Below are positions 52,842 to 64,000 of a DNA stretch of 64,000 nucleotides, one piece after another. The notes beneath the pieces were generated by a model that did no database searches, had not been told where the DNA came from, and was given only the letters and a program-made list of their open reading frames with translations. Source of the stretch: Antedon mediterranea (lineage: Eukaryota; Animalia; Echinodermata). The stretch's first letter is position 1, and each line of letters opens with the position of its first letter. Position numbers and translations under genes: made by a program. The stretch lies in NCBI RefSeq assembly GCF_964355755.1, contig NC_092671.1:992001-1056000 (forward strand), given 5' to 3'.

Positions 52842-54440
52842 ATGGTGTTTTTAAGAATAATGAGAGTTGTCGTTTTTCGCCATAAACCTACTCGAAACAT
52901 TTCTAAACTGATCCTTGTTTTACTTGTATTTGTTATTTTAATGTCACTGAAATTAGCTAATTTAGCAAATTTACCAATTCGAGATGTCACGTTAGAAAGT
53001 CAGGTGGCTTCAATAAGCCTGAAAACTGTTTATCAAAACGTTCAACGGACGCATGATATTAGAAAAGAGATGGAAGTGAGAAAAGTTGAAGAAAGGGAAC
53101 CGAAAGTCGAAGAAATGAACGCCAGACAAGAAAACAATGAGACTATTTTTGATGAAGAATATGAAATAATTGATTGTTTCGCCGATCCATCGTCTATATT
53201 TGAAGATGAATCTGGCAAAGTGTAAAGCAAGAACAAGTAAATGAACAATTCGAATTAAGTACGAAAGCTGACAAACATTTTACCGCAGATATGGAAATGC
53301 AAAAATGGTTAAAAAAAACAAGTATTCTAGGACCTTGATTACTTGATATTTAAACTGTGCCAAGGAAAGGGAGATGATACATTTTTTGTTTAAAAGATTT
53401 TCCAGTAAGAGCCTACGTAACGGAACATTAAAATAAGTCTATGAAAATATAACAATGTGTGAGTTATTAACTATTATTGTTATATATTTGAAATCCCCTT
53501 CTGTTTGTTATACTTTCAATTATATGCAGATACTGCGATGTAATAGGTCTAATACAGCTACAATTATGTTAGGTCTATTATAGTCTGTCGGTCTATGTGT
53601 ACCTGTAATAAATACATTTTTCTGTTAAGTATATCTAAATATTGTGTGAACACTAAACTGAAGTTACAAGAGATGTTCACAGATGAAAGCAAAAATCGAA
53701 ATGATTATAGCAATAATACATGGTACTTTTAATTTATGTAATACTCACAACTTACTCTTTACATGACATCTGAACATTCCAAAACAAAATGTAAGTAGTA
53801 CCGTAATTGACGTCAGGTGTGCATACTAAATGCAGGGGTTTTGAATTGAAGCCTAAAATTCATATTATATTGTATTTATTTAATACTACTACATTATTTA
53901 TCTTATCTGAGTTCGATCCATAAAAACAATTTTATCTGAATATTACGTATACATTTAGTATAGACGAATTCGTAGCGAGCCTGAACAACTTTCTCCCGGT
54001 CGTTTACGGAATGTGTGGTCGAGGAATTGTAATTGGAAACATGGAACGCCCCTATACAACTTAATTACGTCATTGTGGATCACAAGAGCATATCTAGCCA
54101 TTCAGCTGTTAGATCTCATACACCGATTTATTCATTCAAGTTCATAGTATATTTAAATGTTGTCTTGTTATCTTTTGATTTTTGCTTGTATATAATATGT
54201 TATATTTTACGACTTTCAACCCTGTTAATGGTGACGTTTGGTCACTGTAGGGTGATGATGAAATAAAATAAAAAATAAAAAAATAGTGGGAATTTATAAA
54301 GATATACTTTGATGTTGACAGCTTCATTATTACATCTAATGGAAATGTTGTGATTGTGGATAAGAAGCCAGGACAGACGCTAGCTATAGAAAACTCAGAT
54401 ATATCTGAGATGAGTTTTCTAGATCTCACACCCTTATTAT
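52842..54440 (+). pseudogene. Disrupted DIPK2A/DIA1-like (divergent secretory-pathway kinase family) gene
   Basis: Signal-anchor ORF 52842-53225, then fragments FLPVVYGMCGRGIVI (from 53990), KHGTPLYNLITSLWITRAYLAIQLLDLIHRF (from 54037, frameshifted) and WEFIKIYFDVDSFIITSNGNVVIVD (from 54287). These follow, in order, DIPK2A motifs recalled from memory (YLGACGR, PWEKRVDLAWQL, DNFAV..GKVIIVD). Several stops and frameshifts. Confidence 0.65.
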
Positions 54441-54902
54441 TACTTATTATTATGTTATTGTCCCTATTTTTAATTGTGTTTAACGTACTCAATTACTCCT
54501 TGTTCTTGTTTAAAGTCTTTTTTATACTAATCGGGAGTTGACTTCATGCTCTACCTGAAGGCCAGTTAAGACATTGTCACCGTGCTTGAGCCACGAATAA
54601 AAAGACAGATAAAATAATACCACCACATCATTCTTAATGTTAACATCTTTCAATCGCGTTGTAATATCATTTAATTAAAATTATTAGATACAAATAAAAA
54701 TGTTGCATTATATTATAGGATAGCCTTTTATTTTTAAATTATTTACTTTTTATTTATACTCTGTTCTTACATAATGAGCATACCACAATATTACACTCAC
54801 TGAAATATGAAAATTATATTTACAAATTAGACATACAAATAATTTGCAAATACCACATAAAAATAGGAACCAAAAATGATACCAGCAACAACAAATCTTC
54901 TT

Positions 54903-55727
54903 TCATCTGATCGGTATTGTTCTGATTCCTAATTCATCCCTAAACTGTTCAAAATCGTCTTCAAAGTGATGTTCGATGTAAACATTCAACAAACATGTTG
55001 ATTTCCTTGCTGCCTTGATCACCAATGGCAAATAGGTCTGCATTAATTTCACATTCTTACTGTAGTCAAGTCTTATAGGACCAAAAATGGCTCCTAACGT
55101 GCAGACAGGGAACCCAGTTTGTATCATCTCAAACCATTTTACCAAAACTTCACCAAGCATATTAGGTTGAAGCCCAAGAAGTAAATGATTGAAATCATGA
55201 AGTTCACGATATCTTTGGATAACATAAGCTAAATCAGCATCATCAACAAACCTAGTCATTGCTCTAGTATCTGCATTAATATTATTCTTATCCATAAACG
55301 TAATGTACTTTTTACCAAGTGTTTTATCAGGAAGACTCCGTAAAAAATCAAAATCAATTGTTTTGCTGTTTATCCTTGGTTTTTCTTTTAAAATAATCTG
55401 TCCTGTTGGATCATTCATCATTTGTCTGTGCATCTGTTGTAAGGCTCTGTAACCAGTTGCTTCACCTACCACAGCAACCATATCATGCCTGTAGGGATCG
55501 TACAGCGCCATCATAGATGATGCAATTGACAACAGAACATTCTGAGGCTTTGTAGTAGGAATATGATATGAATTGAACTCTTGGTACCAGTCTGATGTTT
55601 CACCAGTAAATACTTTTAAGCCATAGTGCCTCATAAATCCAAATTTACTGTGCTGAAACACATTTGACGCCGCAAATCTGATCCCCTTCAAAATTTGGCC
55701 TAGGCCTACTAGATTAGTAGTGTGCAT
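54903..55727 (-). CDS. COQ4: Ubiquinone biosynthesis protein COQ4, single coding exon (274 aa from the first ATG)
   Basis: DPYRHDMVAVVGEATG, DPTGQIILKEKPRI, AYVIQRYRELHDFNHLLLG (HDxxH metal motif), GEVLVKWFE..QTG.P. First ATG at 55727; N-terminus resembles a mitochondrial presequence. Confidence 0.95.
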   Translation of the reverse strand: MHTTNLVGLGQILKGIRFAASNVFQHSKFGFMRHYGLKVFTGETSDWYQEFNSYHIPTTKPQNVLLSIASSMMALYDPYRHDMVAVVGEATGYRALQQMHRQMMNDPTGQIILKEKPRINSKTIDFDFLRSLPDKTLGKKYITFMDKNNINADTRAMTRFVDDADLAYVIQRYRELHDFNHLLLGLQPNMLGEVLVKWFEMIQTGFPVCTLGAIFGPIRLDYSKNVKLMQTYLPLVIKAARKSTCLLNVYIEHHFEDDFEQFRDELGIRTIPIR

Positions 55728-56249
55728 GATCGTGTAGCCGATATAACTGTATTGTGTCCGCCACCACCAGTCCACGATTATACCATCGAAGCGGCTAGCT
55801 AGCGATTCGCGACTCGCTTGTAAAACGTGTAAACGTCAAAAAAGCAATGGAGTAGCACGCCCTCAATGTGTTAGAAATGGGAAATACTTGAGAGACGGTT
55901 TATTTTAATTTGTTAGATTAATAGGGCCTATACTGTACTATATTTCATGTACTGTGTTTACTGTACATTCCTCCCTTATTACATTCAGGGCTCTGTTATG
56001 TGAAAATATTGTCACCCAGACGAGCCTATTTAGAGTATTTTTAAACTGATGTAGAAGGTTGTTAGATCTACGAAAGTTTAAAGTTACCTTCCGAGTTTCA
56101 CGACGCGCGCCACTCAACAACGCAGCTGTCGGGTAGAAAAGTCATTCTGTATCATATTTCATCTGAATAAGAGAGTTTGATTCGATATCGGTATAAATTC
56201 CAATAAACTAGAGGGTGGAGCTAATAATTTAGCTAAACACGGTATAGCT

Positions 56250-56850
56250 CGGAGCCATATATAGAGAGAGTTACGGCATTGCGTTCACGGATTTTAGAAA
56301 GTCACGTGGTGTGCACGCCGGCCATGTTTGTGTCCAACTATGCCTATGTACTAGCGTATGGAGTCAAGTCATTTGCTTAAAAAATGTATAACATTCACAA
56401 GGCTTTAAATATCGAATTTAATATCAAAACAATCAATTTTTTTTAAAGTTTTTGTTAAGATAATAACGAAATCATAAAGTTACTGCGAACATGATTTTAA
56501 ACAACAAAATGTAAAAACAATGCATTACTATAGAGAATCGGTGTACAAACTAAACTCGCATGCATGGAGCGCACAAAGCCATTTATTGTAAAGAGTCGGA
56601 AATTGAATGGATTAAAGCTATTTTTGTTGTTTAAAATCATGTTCGCAGTAACTTTATAACTTCGTTATTATTCTAACAAAAACCTTCAAACAATTTGATG
56701 TTATACATTTTCAAAACAAAAGACTCAACTCCATACGCCACATATGCATAAGTTGGACACAAACACGGCTTCTAATCCATTCAATGTCGAAACTCTCTCT
56801 ATATAGAGATCGAAATGACGCTCTGAATATACCTCCTATATATGGCTCTG
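56250..56850. mobile_element. Fold-back (long inverted repeat) MITE
   Basis: Ends CGGAGCCATATATAG / CTATATATGGCTCTG; arms of about 250 bp pair imperfectly, with a perfect 36-bp inverted pair at 56474-56509 / 56622-56657. Confidence 0.85.
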
Positions 56851-59800
56851 GTATTATAGCTATATGTAGTACGCCCTCAATGTCTTACTTCACGAACAAG
56901 CGTATCATATAGTACGAAATTGATCCTATAGGTAACATACACAGACGCGCGCATTTAAATGCTGAAGAAAATTGTTACGCGCGCGTAATTCTTGCCTGAC
57001 ATTACCAGAACTTATAATACTAGATATTCGTGTATATTATTATTCATATCTCATTCGCGATCATACATTTTCGTATGTGTGATGATACTTCAAGAAATGA
57101 GGTGCACATTTACTAAATTGTTACATTGTATTTGGTCATCTTACATTACATTACATTAGTGGAAATCATCATTTCCTTTTATTATCATTTGCATATACAG
57201 TAAAACAAAATATATACATAGAAATTATTCAAGAAAATATATACGTTTGAACGGAAGACATATGCTTAAGTTCGTTGAAGTAATGCCTGCTTTCATATGT
57301 GTATGTGTAGCAACAAAACAATCCTACAAGTCATGCTTCTATTGGCCTAGCCTTCAATGGTTGATCTTAGCATGTTATCAATGATCTTAGCTACTTATCC
57401 TAACTGCACACAAATGTGCGAGCTATGCGCTTACAGACCTAACAATGAATACCTATTCAAAGTTTGTACCGCAATTGATTTAATCAGCCATACAATAAGT
57501 TAATTCCACTTGATTTAATTCTTTGTATTTATTTTCTCGAAGACAAATTATACCTTGCCCCACAGGCCTTCTTTGTACTTGAATTCTACAACATTGTGCA
57601 CTTTCTATTGGGGAGGAAATAGGGATAAACTTTAATAATACGTTTTTAACTCTCTTTCTCAACAATTGAGCTGGACAAATTATTCGTTTTCAAAATCAGT
57701 TAGGCATACAGGTCTAAATTAATTAACCAGTGTACAAATTATGGGGTCCAGTGGTGATCGTCTTCATTTTTATTCACTAACAATTCTATAAACATTTGTA
57801 TCAAATAAGTATTCTTATTCTACAAAGCTTAATGTACCGATTTATTATCTAATTATAGTATGGGTTACCGAACTATTTTAACAATTATTATATGTTGTTC
57901 TAAAATTAGCTCTAAAACATCCCACGACTCTCATAATATACAATGATTTCTGTTGTATTTTACGAGCATGAATGAACAATGAAAATGTATATAGCATTTT
58001 ACGTAAGTTGTTTAGGCCACGACAACTATAAGTAGACGCTTATCTCCACTTTGCAGATCTGTATTGACGACGGATATTGAGGAGGAAACGGTGTATTCTT
58101 CTTCCACAAGCCCTTATCAGTTCTCCGTCCAGCTATCACGATACAGGCGGGGCAAGAGAATGATAAGGAATAATGGAAGATACTACTGCATCTGCTGCCT
58201 TTTCTGACTAATATCACATCTAAGTGCCTGAGTAGTAGGCTAATACGTCACTCGGGATATTACCTGTTGTCACCCAAATCTGGAAATGGGAGAGAAAAAG
58301 TAAATAAAAAGCACTGTGTGTTATACATTAAACCAGGAAAAATATGGTAAATAAAACGAATTTAAAGTTTGAGTATCTTAATTAATTCTTAATTTAGACT
58401 CAAAAATAATAATTATTATTAATATTAATTGTTTAATACATAGTAATCCTATCATTTTTTGTGATAAGGCCAAACACAGCTCATAGCCCTGTGTTAACGC
58501 AATGTGCCGACCTGGAAGTTGAAAGCAGAAGTTATCATTATTTTATGTTCATTATGATGGTGTTCACATTTTCATTCTCAATTGTCTACTAGTCAGTAAT
58601 TTACGGTTAGCACATAATGTAAGTTTAATTGGGTAATACGTATATATGAGCTTAGTGCATTAAATATTATCAATCTCATTACCATATCATAAATAAACAT
58701 GTGAATTTACCATATGGTAAAACGAATCTGACTTAATGATATACATAATTTTAACAGCAAACACTTAAAACGCAATGCCATTGTGGAGGAATATGTAGTC
58801 TAACACGTCATTATACCATAAAGGAACTAAATGCCATGTGTGAATAATATGTTGACAAAATCATATGAAAACGGTTTATGAATCACAGATTATATCTATT
58901 CAAATGAGCAAAATAACAGGAACAAAAGTATAAAAATACATGTGTAATTCAGTTATGTATATTTGATCAGTTGCTCTCTACTTACCTTGAATTGAAATTA
59001 TCCTAGGCTTAGAATATTCTGCACACACTTATCTGCAAGATGATAATATTAACAAGGCGTGGATACGGAAGCATCTCTTCCGGAAGTGCAGAGATCCGCT
59101 CCTTACAACTATTACTGTAGGCTGCCTACCAACTAGCTATATCACGATCCACTCACCTTCCTAACCTCACACACAATGCCTCGAATTAGTTCTCAGGGCA
59201 AATTTATATCAAGAGAAAAAAATACCCGCATTCCAAGACTACCGTCCGTAAAATTTCTTGTTTGCTTTTTGGAAGGAATGCTGGTACGGCGTTGTTTTTC
59301 AGTATACATCTAGTGTTGGGTTGTATTTGCTCGATTTCTCCTGTTGAAAATAAACCAAGCAAAAGTAACTATTAGAACTCGTTCCCAGGCAAAGTATACT
59401 TCTACTTCTTAAGACTCAAGTAGACTATATTGTATGAAATCATACGACCAGAAATCAATTGAGTAAACTCCTTATAAAACGATTAATACGCCTGGCGAGA
59501 CCTTGGTTTCGCTATCAAATCATTTATACTGTTGTTGTTCCTTTGTTGGTACGGTAGGGTTAGCAAGAATACAAAAATCAGTTTAAGACTAAGCTTTGTA
59601 CAAACATTTTATAAAACTACAATATATCTACAGGCTTACTTTGAACAATTTCAATGTATCGAAGCACAAAGTTATTTATATATACTTCTATGATTAAATA
59701 TTGTTATAACTCACAAACATACTTCCCTCATCCCCACCCCTGGCGCCACCACTGCTCTTTGGTCAGGAGGGTGCTGCAGAGGTAACGGCAGTCGGACTGG

Positions 59801-62313
59801 TTTGCCAGTGACCGCAAGTATAGTCACAAAACGTTTTGAAAATATCAACCATATGTATTACAGTATGTAATTAGTATTAGGCCTTTAAGAGATAATGCAA
59901 ACATTTTTACACACATGCTCTCTGATAGGAACGAAAAATAATGCAACGTAATAACAACTTACTACTGTACATTATGTTAAATCTTGGCAAACGACACGGT
60001 TAAAATATCCATGTAGTAAGTGAATTTTTTCATGGCATAAATATTTGATATTATTTGATATATATTGCTTATGCAACAACAACCATGCTTAATTACACGT
60101 CATAAATATTCACGTTAAACATAATGAATATTCATAAGTCATAATTAAACGCCTAAGATAAGATGACCCGTAGAATTATAATTCACTCAACATAAAATAT
60201 TATTGCATTCTAGAGAGGACAAACGCCTCGTCATGCCTTATTAATACTACAGTAGGTGTGTACTGCGATTGAATCCAATTTATATTATAGTGTACAAAAC
60301 AAAATCCTTCGTATACTTCGATAACAAATAATATCAAAGACCTATTCTTGTCTTGGTCTATAATAATATAACGGCGCTTAATTATTAATTACATAATATA
60401 AGAATTTGTTTATTCTTGAGATTTTTTATTGAACGTATGGAGTATACCATATAGGCTTCGTATAGCCTATGAGATAGTGTTCCATTAAATTTGAATGGTT
60501 GAATATCCATTAATTTCAGTCTCCATTCGTCAACAATTAAGTCGACTTAGGCTATAGCTCTTTCATAATGATTAATAATGTAAAACCGATAGAACAATAC
60601 AAAATATATTACTAATTTGCAAGGTTCAACTATAAATAAAAAGAAATATAATATTTAACATCTGCCCGGAAACGAACACAAAAGAACATTTTTGTTATCA
60701 ATACGGTGATTACTTGATGAGTTCTTTGTTATCTAATACCAGTACTTAATTGTACAGCGATACGTGGAGCTTATGATTGGAATTTGTGTAACATAGGCTT
60801 GAATGCGAATACACTGTTATATTAATAACAACACAACATATAGAAAATTATCATAAAATGGCTACATCAGAATTAAAATTTCCCTGCACATTACCACAAT
60901 ATAAACACAAATTCTTCTTTTCATAAAGCTGTTCATTTTCGGAATAAAACAATAGATCATGAGGATTGTTGGCCAGAAAATTGTGTACACTGTCACAGCA
61001 AATTAACCGGAGCAGATTGCCCGTAAATCAAAGCTTTGTCTTGCATTCAATATTACTATTCACACTGCCATCTTTTTTCTAAACGAATACGCAGATTCTG
61101 TTTTCAATATTGTAGGCCTAAACATTGAACATTATTATATAAATTTAGATATAAATGCAAGTCTTACCTGTGTATTAGCGAAAGGCAGAGTGCTCCCACA
61201 CGTGGCCGTGGCTGCTGCTGCCACAACCAAGTCCAAAGGCTAAAACGATTTTATCGTCGGAATATGGTTCACCACGAGTAGAAGCATTGTGTTGTAGCAT
61301 AATAAGTAGATTTGAATAATATAGCACAAACCAACATGCGCATGCGTAGTTTAGAGATTGTCACTGATATCAAAGCGGGAAATAGTTAAACACAATCGCT
61401 TATTGTTAGAGAGGCATGTGCTTTAATATTATGATGACAATTATTACGTGTGGTTCTCCATACACAAACGATAGCCACATAACATGCAATATCGTAGAAG
61501 TCACTCATTGACTCATTGTGGTCCATCCTTTTTTGAAGACGACTTACTACTACCCATAAAGTTGGGCAGTAACTAAAGAAAATGTCCAGATTAGTTGTTT
61601 TGTAAATCAAGATGATAATAAATCAAAAACAATTTTTATATTGCCAGATTCAAAGAAACGAACGAGATTTAAATAATAATGAAGTAAGGTCAAATATTCA
61701 AAAGTTTAATATTTGGAGTATGATGTCAGTAAAATAGAAAACTGAGGACAATGAAACGTCACCGGAGGTAACTTGTTTAACCATGCTTAAACAACAAAGT
61801 GACGTTGCACTTATTAAAGATGACATGCTTTTTCGCTTGGTTTTCACGTAGGCTTACACAAATACGACGTACGCGAAACGCAGGTGATTTGCCCAATCAC
61901 AAGCAAGCGCCTAGAAGTTTCTACCAGTCTCTTGTGATTGGTCAAAATATTTTAAGCTGCGCGTTGCATCCTGGAAACTACAATCAGCAGACGATATGGA
62001 ATATCGTTTATACCTTTCACAGGAATGGTCCGTTTATACCTTTCATATTTTTAGACACACTGTCATTAACATATAATATAATTATTTACATTAGGGTACT
62101 CTATTGTAAAACACACACACCCAAACCTAAATTTAGGTGTGGATGATGACGTCAGATGTGTGAGACATAATGAGTACAAACATAATCATACAATAAACAC
62201 GTCAAGATCAAGAGCTTACGCATTATGCTAATGAAGCCAAATCTAGATTATCCTATTTAATCTATACAATCTGATTTTATATCGACATCATAATCGCCCA
62301 TCACGAAGTAGTA

Positions 62314-62442
62314 AGCTTGGTTTCAACGACGTTAGCGCACCGTAAGTAAGCAAGTAAATTTGACCAATCACGACGCGATGGATCATCCGAACTATCGTTT
62401 GTGATTGGTCGAGTAACTCGCGTTGCAAGTGGGAACCTAGCT
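62314..62442. mobile_element. MITE family C (Harbinger-like); a degenerate second copy lies near 61836-61980
   Basis: Termini AGCTTGGTTTC / GGAACCTAGCT with internal inverted TTGACCAATCAC / GTGATTGGTC; the same internal pair occurs at 61889-61944. Confidence 0.6.
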
Positions 62443-64000
62443 TAATTATTACAGTAAATAAACAGTCCCATGATTTCTTACATAGAAATATAGTAAGATC
62501 AAAAACGAAAGAAGTTAGTAAAGATCGTGTCTCTCCAATGAATTACCCAGCAAGACAGCCAGTCTATAAATGAGCAAGTGCAATCATAAATGTGTAGACA
62601 AAAATATTCACAAAATGTAGATATGTTTGATAAACCACATTTCTAATTCAGAAATATGAGCGAATTAAACGAATTGGCAATTATTGTAATATCTTGTACA
62701 TGGGGTTCGGCGTATGTCTTGCGTGACAGTGCTGCAGCCCAAAACTAAACTCACACTTAACATAATTAGGCCGCCGTGATACAACACTTTTATTTTATAA
62801 TATTGTATACAGTTAAATAAGAGTTGTGATTTGTTGATTGTTGACAAACGTGTTCCAACCCTTCAAAAACTCATTTTAACGATTATAGGCCTATATTTGT
62901 GTCATCATTCACATTATATGACCAAAATTATTTGTTTATTACATCAGGAAAGTGGAAAACGATCACGTATACATGCAACAACAAAAAAAGAGCTATTTTC
63001 TGTTAGTCCAACCAACCTTCTGAGGGTCCACCCACTTAACCTGTAGGCCTACATTTCCTGTTCCTATACAGTCTACAGTGACTCTATATAATTATAAGAT
63101 ACTCACTCATCATGTGCTCGAACTTAAGTATCACCAGAACAGAATTGAGGTCCACCATAAAAAGCTACACACGCTGAACAGTTTTGATGTTTACTTTTAA
63201 CTGAAGCCATCACCCACACCTTACAATCCCTAAAAGTTCTAAATAGTTGAACCTATAAACACATCGATAAAAGTGAATAAAAGGTATGACGTAAAATGAG
63301 TATTTCTTGTTAACAATTCAATCAATGTCCTCGAATCAGGAACGCATCATTCAATTATTCATTTACGAGGAGAATTAATGACAGAATTCTAGCAAGTCCT
63401 TCATTCACAATTCAATGTACTGATTACTGCTCATTACAACTATTCTGCATTAATGCAATTTAATCTATAATTAATAACTTTGCTGTTCCAAATCTGTTCG
63501 TGTTTTTTTTATGTACAATTGAGGCAAAACAATACCAGTTTGTTTGTCGTTCGAATTAACAAAAGCTATGTAACCTTCAAAAATAATAAAAGTGAGAGGA
63601 ATATGAATTACCCCACAATACATATGGAATGTAAATACTATATTATTCATCTTTGTTTGCAGCTGATGAATGAAAACATATTATATTCCAACAGTGTGCT
63701 TTATATCGTGATAGAGGACCATACAAGTGTGTGGGGTTTGAGGCCGTGTTGCACTCGTCCTGCCGGTTATATTGTGGTCAACACAGCAGAATAAATTGTT
63801 TTCGGTATAATTGTATAAATACAGAAGCTGCTACTTTTTAGTACCATTGCAGTTTCAAATACAATCATTTTAAATTAGATTTTAAACCTGACAATCCTCC
63901 ATGATTGATAAAAGAGGAAAATAAACCAACTTATAGTATTTTTTTAAAACATCACGAGATAGTTATTTCCAGCTAACTTGATTCAATGCCAATGGTTTAC

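Noticed and set aside
55728-55775. COQ4 start at 55775 as given in the ORF track
   Set aside because: That codon is GTG; the first ATG is at 55727.
57554-57585. Exon-like block reading FKYKEGLWGK, suggestive of a GLWamide neuropeptide
   Set aside because: It is a single copy with no signal peptide or precursor ORF that I could assemble; likely chance.
59240-59340. LKNNAVPAF, resembling the THAP-domain AVPTIF box
   Set aside because: No in-frame upstream C2CH residues were found and there are stops nearby; too weak to call.

Overview
AT-rich animal genomic DNA (probably a marine invertebrate, possibly an echinoderm; this is inference) with intron-rich genes, so the ORF track captures only exon fragments. 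Exons were assembled by hand from splice signals and frame continuity. Content: the 5' part of a class V myosin (minus, 20 coding exons, runs off the left edge), dUTPase (minus), KTI12 (plus, with a tRNA-Lys(CTT) gene in intron 3 and a U12-type AT-AC last intron), PRPF3 (minus), a small CAAX-box complexin-like gene missing from the ORF track (plus), an ISOC2-like isochorismatase (minus), a disrupted DIPK2A/DIA1-like gene (plus) and an intronless COQ4 (minus). The right end holds a chain of minus-strand splice signals with no ORF. Introns carry many minisatellites and MITEs. There is no CRISPR array or other prokaryotic system. The most notable observations are the KTI12 architecture, a second encoding of myosin V loop 2, the complexin-like gene and the DIA1-like pseudogene.
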